Assembly: GCA_951406725.2 (NCBI GenBank)
Contig: OX597824.1
Span: 66,464,001 to 66,528,000, forward strand
DNA: 64,000 nt
Origin: Octopus vulgaris
Taxonomy: Eukaryota
Direction of reading: 5' to 3'
The translations under genes were made by a program, and so were the position numbers. The notes under the pieces were generated by a model. It saw nothing but the letters and a program-made list of their open reading frames with translations, had not been told where the DNA came from and ran no database searches. The first letter of the stretch is position 1. The number at the start of each line of letters is the position of its first letter. Below, piece after piece: positions 51,979 through 62,900 of the stretch.

Positions 51979-54900
51979 TGACGGGCTTCTTTCAGTTTCC
52001 GTCTACCAAATCCACTCACAAGACTTTGGTCGGGCTGTGGCTATAGTAGAAGACACTTGCCCAAGGTGCCACACAGTAGGACTGAACCTGGAACCATGTG
52101 GTTGGTAAGCAAGCTACTTACCACACAGCCACTCCTACGCCTATATCTATATAAATGTATATATACTTGTGGCTTACCGATTTTTGTTGGAATCTTCTAC
52201 CCATCCTGACACTCTGGCTTTTACTTCAACTACTGGTTCCTCCTGCAATAAAATCATAGCAATAGAAAACTTTGTAGACTAATATTACACATGCATAAGG
52301 TGGTGAGCTGGCAGGATCATTAGCAGGTTAGGCAAAATGCTTTGCAACATTTCGTCCATCTGTACAATATAAGTTCAAATTCTGCTGAGGTTGGCTTTGC
52401 CTTTCATCCTTTCAGGATTGATAAAATAAGTATCAGTTGATCACTGAGGTTGATGCAATCAACCCCAAATTGCTGGCCTTGTGCTAAAATTTAAAACCAA
52501 TATCACACACACACACACACACATTATTGACTTCAGAAAAATGAAAGGTACAGTTAACCTCAGTGGGATTTGAACTCAGAATGTAAAGAGCAGGAACAAA
52601 CACTGCAAAGCGTTTTTTCCAACACTCTAATGATTCGCTAATCAATCACCCTTAATAGCTTCTGATTTAGACACAAAACTAGAAATTTTGTGAGGAGAGA
52701 TTTATTTGATACCAGTGAAACCAGTACTTGACTGGTACTTTATTATATTGACCCTGAAAGGAGGAAAAGCAAAGTTGACATTGGTGGGATTTGAACTCAA
52801 AATGTAAAGGCCAGAACAAATAGTGAAGCATCTTTTACTGAGATTTTAATGATTCTGCCAATCCCAAAATAATAATAATAATGGTTTCAAATTTAGGCAC
52901 AAGGCCAGCGATTATTGGGGAAAAGCTAAGCTGATTCCATTGACCTCCACCACTGCTTCACTTGTACTAATATTATTGACTTTGAAAATGTGAAAAGCAA
53001 AATCAACTTTGGTGGAAATTGAACTCAGAATGTTACTGAAAGAAATTGGAATTGTTGACCTGCAGAAAAGTACTATTTTATATTCTGTAAGAATCCTAAG
53101 GAAGATTCTTGAGATTTGAAGAGACTTGTCACCCAACTTCAAGATAAAATACCTGCTAACTAAATTAGCATGCACTAGTGAAATAATAATAATAATAATT
53201 CTTTCTAATTTTGGCACAAGGCCAGCAGTTTTAAGGTGAGGAGACAAGTTGATTATATTGACCCCAGAACTTGACTGGTACTATATTTTATCACTCACCT
53301 CCATCCCCAAAAGGATGAAGGACAGAGTTGACTCTGGTGGGATTTGAACTCAGAACATAAAACTGGAAGAAATGCCACATGCATTTTTCTGATGCTCTAA
53401 CAATTCTGCTAACTTGTCACATCAATAACAATGATGATGATGCAGGCATGCACCATGCCTAGCTGTCACTTGCTAGTGGATATGACTTGGTAATGTGCAC
53501 CAAGCTTTTGCTAATTGTTTCAGGTGCCTATCTAGTTACAAGCAGACGTAGATGTCCTGTTGGTTTCTTGGGTTAAGTAATAATGTCTTGGTGTATTGAA
53601 TTATGAGATGTAGAGACCCTGGCTGAAGCCATGATTGAAAGAGAAATGAAACATTAAGAAAAAAATTACAAGGAATGTGTCAAACCCATGCTAGCATGGA
53701 AAGCGGACGTTAAACGATGATGATGATGATGATGATGAACTAACTAAAAAGAATGTCATAGAGAGATCAATGTTGAAATATACCACAGCTCTCCTTCAGT
53801 AGATGAAAAATAATCTCCAGGAAAGTTATTAAAAACATAGAATTGACTATATTATGAAGTAACATTAGTAGGTTGTATATATAACAAGAAGAGAAACAGG
53901 CAGAAGATTATTCAAAGTAGCAGAAACAGATCTCTTGGCAATTACAGGACTAAAGAAAATATATTTAGGAAAAAAATGAAGAGAAGCCTCTGTGCACAGA
54001 CAGGAAAAACAATGATGAATACACAGAAACATAAAAGGAATTCAAACAAAAGACTACAAAAAAAAAAAAATGGAAAGAATAAAAAAGTCTTAAGAAGTGT
54101 TGCAAGTGCAGTTTGTCAGGCTATGAGAAATATAGCAGCAATAATAGGTTTGACTGAAAGACATAAGATTAAAGAAGTAAACAAGCTCTTTATTATGACT
54201 ACATAAGAACAAATAATTAGAAACGGGCATTATTGACACAAAACACACACACACACACATGCACTCACGCATACATACACACAGCACAGAAGAACAATAA
54301 GATATATAGTCAGTCCAATGGTTTACTATTATCTTAGCCATCAGTTTATTTTGACTAAGTACAAGGTCTTTATTGTGAGAGAAGATATTGTAGAAACTGA
54401 ATCGATAACAATATCTTACTAATTTTTAGTTGTTTGAGATCTTTTTCCCTCCCAAGAGACAGAGAGGGACAGAATACAAAGTTTAAATTTGGAACAAAAG
54501 CTTCCAAAATAGATTCTGTAATAATCAGGTGAAACTGTCTAACTTCTACACTGATATTTCTCAAAATTTTCTTACTTGCATTACACTTAAAAGCACTTTG
54601 AACATTAAATAAAAATAAATGTAGCAAAAAATATTTATTTATTTTAACTTATAAATATAGATAATTGAACCCCTTTCATAACCAACCCATTTGAGACCGT
54701 CCTAGTTCTATAATACAAATTTTCTTTTTTAAAGTGATCTAAATTAGAACCTTGAATAAAAATTTCATGTAAATTTTTTTTTGAAAGATAAGGCAGTGAG
54801 CTGGCAGAATTGTTATCATGTAGGATTGCATTTCTTCCAATTTTTTATGTGCTTAGCTCAAATCCTGTAAGGTCACCTTGCCTTTCATCCTATTGAGAAT

Positions 54901-56070
54901 GATAAAATAAAGTACCAGTTAAGTACTGGGGGTTACTGTAATTGACTAACTTCACCTTCAATTGTTGGTCTTGTGCCAAAATTTAAAACAGAAAAAAGAT
55001 TTACTAAATTTTTTATTATTTTAAAAATTAATTGAAACAAAGGCAGAGGGTTTCAACAGAAATTTGGTAGCAAGAGGGCTAAACTCGAGAAAATTATTGA
55101 GTAACTCTTTCTTCATTCAGCAAATAATGCATTGTTAATGCTGGTGGCTGTCAACTTTCCAACCAAACCAATGTGAAGAATGTTTTCATTTTTTTTTCTT
55201 TCCCTTTGTCTATTCTTGTTTGTCCCCTCTATGTTTAGACTCCTGTGGGCAATAAAGAAATAAATATTCATTTCAAATTTTGGCAAAGGCCAGCAATTTA
55301 TATTGACTCCAGTGTTCAGCAGGTACTTATTTTATTGACCCTGAAAGGGTGAAAGGCAAAGTCAACCTCAATGGAATTTGAACTCAAAATGTAAAGTCAG
55401 AAGAAATGCTGCTAAGCATTTTTCCTGGTGTGGTAATGATTTTGTCAGCTTACTGCTATACACCATTTAATATTATAATTACTTTTATGGTGTGAGCTGG
55501 CAGAATTGTTGGCATGCCAGGCAAAATGCTTAGTAACATTTCATCCGTTTATGTTCCAAGTTCAAGTTCTATCAAGGTCAACTTTGCTTTTTATCTTTTC
55601 AGAGTCAATAAATTAAGTACACACAATAGTCGACTTAACCCCACCCTGAAATTGCTGGCCTTGTGCTAAAATTTGAAACCAATATTGTAATTACATTTAT
55701 TATATAATGAGTTCAAGACAAAAAGAAAAGCGAATAACATTTTCAATTACCTGTGATTCATTTGGTTGTGAAGATTTTGCTGCTCGCCTTCCTTGTTTTG
55801 CAATCTGGGAAAACAAAAATAGCTAATAGTACATATGATATCTTTCTTCTTTTTTTTTTTATTTGCTTCAGTCATTACACTGAGGCCATGCTGGGGCACC
55901 ACCTCAAAACATTTAGTTTAAAAAATCGACCCCAGTACTGGTTTTTAAATCTGGTACTTATTCTGTTAGTCTCTTTTGCTGAACTGCTAGATTATAGGGA
56001 TGTAAATAAGCCAACACTGGCTGTCAGGTGATGGGGGAAACAAACACAGACACAAAGACACACACACATA

Positions 56071-56132
<62 letters not shown>

Positions 56133-56856
56133 TTTTGAATGGATGTACTTGGTGCTAACTTAACTGTATCTATTATTATTTTTATTAATATTAATAGTAA
56201 TTTATATTGACTTTTATAGGTTTATAATTTTATGAACTGAACTATGGTTTTTTTATTATTATTTTCAGGTATAGGGATGATTTTAATTTAAATAGTAGTG
56301 CGCATACATCTCCCTATGTGTTAGTTTTTAGAACTATTAGCTAAATATGTAAAATAACTGTGCTTATTAATATTAATATATACACTGATATATATTTTGT
56401 TTTATTTTGTTTTGTTTACCTTGCATTATTGTATCAATGAGTATTATATATGTGTAGCATTATGGAGTTTATGCACAAGTTTTTATATTTTACATTTTTA
56501 TATTTTTATATTTATATGTATATGGAAAAATAATTTTTTTAACAATTATAACAAATTAAATTCTCTGAAGAGGCCGTGGGGCATCCTTGTTAATGCCTCA
56601 TTTATACCTGCCTTTATGGCTTATAGGTTAAATGAGGTATGACTGCCCTTACTGCCGAAACAGCTGTCAGATATGATATAATTACATATTATATTTTATA
56701 TTTTATATTTCTATTTCCTTGTCTATTTATATTTACTTTATATTTTGTATAATGCCTTTACTGATATGTAATGGTGTAATAAAGTATTGATTGGGTATCA
56801 TCTGATAGTTGATGTTTTATTGATTTAAGTATGTTTCTCCATTTTCTAATTTTGTA

Positions 56857-56914
<58 letters not shown>

Positions 56915-59900
56915 CAGGCCTCCACATAGTTTCCAACTACCAAAATCACTCACAAGGCATTGGATGGCCTGGAGTTATCCTTGGCAAGTAGAAGATACTT
57001 GCCCAAGGTACTGCACAGTGGGGTTGAACCTGAAATCACAAGGTTGCAAAGTGAGCTTCTTAACCAAACAAGCCATCTCTGTACTTATGCTAAAATAATT
57101 TTTAAAATTTAAATCTAGCCTCTGCATCATAACTAAAATTATAACAGCTAAGTGAAAGATAAATGATCAAGTGAATGAGACATCAGAAGCTCACAATGCT
57201 GGAAATGAGTTCAGGTCTGACCTGCAGGAGTTACACAATGAGTCTATGCAAGATATGAATAACCAGGAGGCAATAAGAAAAATGAATTTGTGCACATCTC
57301 TTACGTTATGAGTTGCTGTGAAGAGGAAAAGGAGGAGGAGGAGGAGGAGGAGGAGGAGAAGAAGAAGAAGAAGAAGAAGAAGAAGAAGGTGGTGGTGGTG
57401 GTGGCGATGATGATTACTGTTGTTTCAGTTTACCTGGGTGGGAATAATAGGTATCATATATTTTGGAGAGAACTGCAAGCAGTCGCTGAAGTGGAATAGC
57501 TGAATGGAAATGGAATTGAATAGTGCTGAAGTCAAGGTCAACTGCAGTGGGGTAGCGTAGCACACAAAATTTACATTTCTAATTTCATTCACATGTAGAG
57601 AAGTTAACTTTGTGCTCAATTTAGAGGAAACTTTGACTTTCATTGTGCCATAAAAATTGAGCTTAACAGCAAAATCCATAAGAATTATTGGGACATAGAG
57701 ACCTTTACATGTTTGATAATCTGAAAAAGTACCCTCTATTAAATCCTTAACCATTCATGTAAATTTAAGCTACCAACTACAATATTATGAGTTAAAACAT
57801 AGGTTTTTTTTTTTACTGTTTAATCAGAGAAGGAAGGAGAATGCAAATGATTCATCTTTTTTCTCAGGGCCTCCTAGGCTATGAAATTGCTCTCAAACTG
57901 GAAACTTGATCTGAATGTTTGCAACAGAGTAAGCTATGCTATATCCAAGCAGCTAGGTAGTTGTATTAAACAAGGTGATAGATTAAATTTGCCAGCCGAT
58001 TATTCAAACTATAAAGGGTCTGAACAAGGTTTGGCACACTAACAATACTGTTAATTCACAGGACTGGTACTTTATTTCATTGGCATCAAAAAGATGGCAA
58101 GATTTTAACTTGATGTACAGAGGGCTAAAACAAACACAACATTATTATTATAGAAAAAAGAAAACAATCATAAAGTTTGAAATGTCTATTTAACTTCAAT
58201 ATTTTAGATCCTTTGTCCCATGCTAGCATGGGTTGGATGAATACATCTTACTGAGGCAATGTTTTACAGCCAGATACCTTTCCCGCAGCTAATCTTTATC
58301 TGTTTTTCAAGTAAAGGATTATTTATTCCAGCCTTCTTTAAAAGCACAGAGCTATAGAGAATGGTTTTCTAACAGGTAATGTCAACAAATGTAACTGGTT
58401 TATTTATTTTAGTTTCACACTTTCATAAGAAGCACTGAACATTCACACTCATACACATATATGTATATACATACACACATATATGTATACATACTCTTTT
58501 ACTTGTTTCAGTCATTTGACTGCGGCCATGCTAGAGCACCGCCTTTAGTCGAGCAAATTAACCTCAGGACTTATTCTTTGGAAGCCTAGTACTTATTCTA
58601 TCGGTCTCTTTTGCCGAACCGCTAAGTTACAGGGACATAAACACACCAGCATCGGTTGTCAAGCAATGCTGGGAGACAAACACAGACATGCAAACATATA
58701 CATACACATACACATATATATAAACATATATACGATGGGCTTCTTTCAGTTTCCGTCTACCAAATTCACTCACAAGGCTTTGGTCAGCCTGAGGATATAG
58801 TAGAAGACACTTGCCCAAGGTGCCATGCATTGGGACTGAACCCAGAACCATGTGGTTGGTAAGCAAGCTACTTACCACACAGCCACTGCTGCACCTATCT
58901 ATTTACCACACAGCCACTCCTGCACCTATACACACACACGCACAATGTAGAAGTAAAATAGTTGAATGGACAAAGTATTGGGCCAGTAGGTCTTGGATCC
59001 TGAGTTCAGTACACCTTTATCGGGAATACTTTCCTTCAACTAGCTGTCAAGAATAAACATCAGAGCTGATCCTGCAGGGATACCATTGATTACGAAGAAT
59101 CAATTCTCTTTATTGCAATGAGCATTCAGTCACAGTTGAAACTATAATCTCCACAATATGAATAAATTTTTAAACATCATTTGCTTGCTAATTGCTAATT
59201 GCAGTCTCTTCCTGAATTATGAGACATCCTCTTGAAAGAGATAAAATTTATGTTCAATTCATCTGACCATAGCTTATTACAAGTACTTATTCCATTGAAC
59301 ACCAATGCAAGAGAAAAGTCAATCAATTCAGAACTGCAATACATTGAACTAGATACTATAGTGTATCGAATGCTGTCACCTGATAAAAGAAGTTATTTTT
59401 AGTTACTTAAACAAGAGAAGAAAAGAAAGAAAAAGAAAAGAGAAAAGTTCAACAGCATCTGATGTTTTAAAATTGACAAAAAGTAAAATATGGAGCTGTG
59501 AAATATTTCCAAAATAGAAATTACTGTGAACTGAAACTGAATCACAGAGTAATAATGCCTTTTTATTTAGCGTGATATTTTTGAAGGTTACCCAAAGTAA
59601 AGTCAGTTGAATTTGATGTTTATTTTATTGACCCTACTGAGCTGAAAAGTAAAACTGCTTATTCAGGAACTGAACTCAGAATTGTCAGTTATCAAATATT
59701 TTTACCAGATTCACAATTCTTCAATCAGAAAATAATAACTTCTTATATTGATATCAGGTTATACAATTTTAGGGTAAGTAAAGTCAATTTTTGTCAGATC
59801 ACTTACAAATGTAACCAGAAGCATATAGTCAGGTATAACTAATTGTATGTTTAGGTTTTTGGAGACTAAACTGGCTTCCACTTCAGACTTGCAGAGTGAG

Positions 59901-62900
59901 GGCAGTTACTAGGAACACGGTAGAGTAGTGGATTGGCAGAATTGTTAGTGCATCAGGTGCTTTAACAATTCAGAGGTTATGGTTTCGACTGTGACTGAAT
60001 TATCATTGCAGTAGAATTGATTGCTTGACCTTTCATGATCAGTGCTATCTATACTTGCAGTATTTCTTATGACACTTTGTATTGAATTTCTGGATGGTAG
60101 ATTTGTTACATTATTCAGCTGAAGACCATTAACTGGCACCTTGGTTACTTTAGCGCAAACATTTAGATCAGGTCTCTAGTTTGAGGATAATGTCCTCACT
60201 TCCTTCCATTAGTCTTGAAGGCTCTGAATATACAATGGGTCATGTACATAGCCCTTCTCTCTCTGATAAATAAAAATACCCTTCTTTTAACTTACACTAT
60301 TGTACTCAATAGTAAGGTAGCTTAGGATAGATGAATTCAATGTAATATTAACAACTATCTAAAAATAGAACAAAGACTTAAAAATACAGGCTTAGTGTCC
60401 AGCGTACTATAAGACCACTGGGAATGAAGCACATCTTAGCTTTTATTAAAGAATGTTTCCAAGAGAAGGATCTATTTTGTTCACAACTATACAGGAGGTA
60501 TAACTGGATAAGTAATATGGGCTCAGCAGCCCTGGAAAGCAGCCAAATTAGGAGCGAGACAATACCAAGCATAAATCCTCACACTCTGTTAGGGCCTGAA
60601 AAGTGGCAATGGCTAAGGGAATCAACCCAACAGGAAATTGGGTCAGAAGAGAACTGTGGACTCCATGACATTAATCATCCTGAAGAGAGTATAAAAATGC
60701 ATGGCAAGTTGTGTCTGAAGCTCCCAACAATCAGCCATGAAGATGGGATTATTCATTCATTCATTCATTTCATAGTCATTTAAACTGTCCTAAGAACTTA
60801 TTTTATGACCCTCAGAGAAATACTGTGTGAATTCTACTGCCACTTTAATGGTCTCTGCTCTTTGTAGCTTGTTAGTCTTGTTTAACCTTCACTCAGGCCT
60901 GTCTAGCTCACTTGTCTCTCTTCTTCTAATTTCTCATATCGCATCTATTTTTTCCTAGGCATACACTAACCACTTTGCCTAGTGCTTCCTCTCCCAAACA
61001 TCATCCCTTAGAGGGTCTGTGAAGGCCAAGGTTGAAAATCCTCCATCTCAAGACCAAACCATGAGATAATAAAAAAAAACGAAACAGAAAGACAAAACAA
61101 AGCACACCGCCACACTCCAAAACAAATTGCTATGATCCAAAAGGACTAGAGAAATGATGGCCAAACCGTAGTTCTCAAGGCTACTATGTGTGCCTCCTGA
61201 GATAATATTGGGTTTCTGTCCTATTTTTCTAAAATAGCTTTAGCATCCTACCAGCCTGACTTTAAAGAATTTACCACAAAAATAAAGAAAGCCTTCAATA
61301 AGCATTGATAAATTAATATATAGTTGTATATTGTCTTATTTTTAAATATATTTTAAAGAATATATACCACAGCTCTTGAACAAAAAGAAAATGAAAGAAA
61401 AGATCATGAGTAGTTTTTTTATCAAACAACTTGGCCATCACTAGACTAATGATTATATTTTCATTTAGCCAATGATTGGAGGGGACAAGTAAAGCAGACT
61501 GTATTGAACTAGTGTATTATTAGTACTTGCTTTATAGAACGCTACCAGAAACATAAAGGAAAAAGTTTCTTCTATTGGGATTTGATCTTAGAACTGAGGA
61601 CAAATATCAGCATTTAATTGTGACTTCTACTGAATGCTTACCATTTTGAAGTCTGCTTGATTCGGTGATGACCTGAGGCTAAACAACAACAAACGATTTT
61701 TGGCTGGTCGAATACACCTCAGAAATTACCTACATCTTCGTCTAATGACACCAGTAGTATAAAAAAAAAAACATAACTGTGGGACATCAGAGTGTAAATT
61801 CTTGCCCAACACTTTGTGTAGTGTGGGCCAAAAAAATTCCATGATAGCCAGAATGTGAGGAACAGTAAAAAAACGAGTTAACAATAATTCCAGGCCTCCA
61901 TCAACCAGGGTTGATTATGTATCCTTTTGCACATGGGAAATTTCTATCCAGGGCCCAATCTAGAAGACTAGCCTTTACTTATTCAACAAGTCTCCATCTT
62001 GATGTCACCTATGTCCAACGAAAAATGGGCTGATACAACTTGGTCCCTGTGTTGTTACAGTCACATTTAAAGAGCCAGAACAAGCTATTTTGTCTAACAT
62101 CCTAACAGTTCTACTAATTTGACACTTCCATTTTAAAATCTGGAAGAGTGAAAGGTGGATTTGAGATTTGAACCTTGAAAGTAAAGAGACAGAACAAACA
62201 CTGTGAGGTTGACACTCTAATGATTTTGCCAACATGTGTCAGAAAGAAAAAAGCAAACATTTAAAAAAAAATAAGCCCTACAATCTGGATTCAAGTTTGG
62301 GAAATGAATCAATGTCATTATGACGTTTTGCCTCTCTTCAAAAAATGTTAGGCTTGATGTCAACCTGGAAACGGTAAGGGAGGCAACTCTAGTCTGTCCT
62401 CTGCGGTATTTTATGAAAGTGATGTTAATTTGGCATGGGTTGAATGAGTGCATACATTATCATCGCTCCTGCATTGGTTGTGTTGTCACATTAAGTGTTT
62501 TATGTAAGTCGTTTTTACAAGAAGTTTGGAAACTCCTTGTAAAAACTTTATTTTTGACAATTGAATTTATTTCGATCATAAATTAACGAAAATAATATTT
62601 ATAGTAAATTCTATGTGATTAAAAATATATATAAGATGAAATCAGAAGATAAATTATTTATTGTTTTACTGTCATATGCTACTTTTGGAAAGAAAAAGGA
62701 GTTTCATTTACACAAATAAAACGAAACACATAAGACTTTGTATGTAAGCGGTTACTTGCACGATTTTAATCAATAAAGAGATGCGTTTAGACAGACTTTA
62801 CTACAATCACTTTTCAAATAATATGGATAAGAATGGTTACGATTAATAACGAAAATATAAAGCCTCAATTTTCTATAAAATAGGTAAATGAGGGCTGCTA

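Noticed and set aside
59945-60139. ORF VPVNGLQLNNVTNLPSRNS... as a coding exon
   Set aside because: No pyrimidine-rich acceptor, no recognisable motif, and its end overlaps a decayed SINE head.
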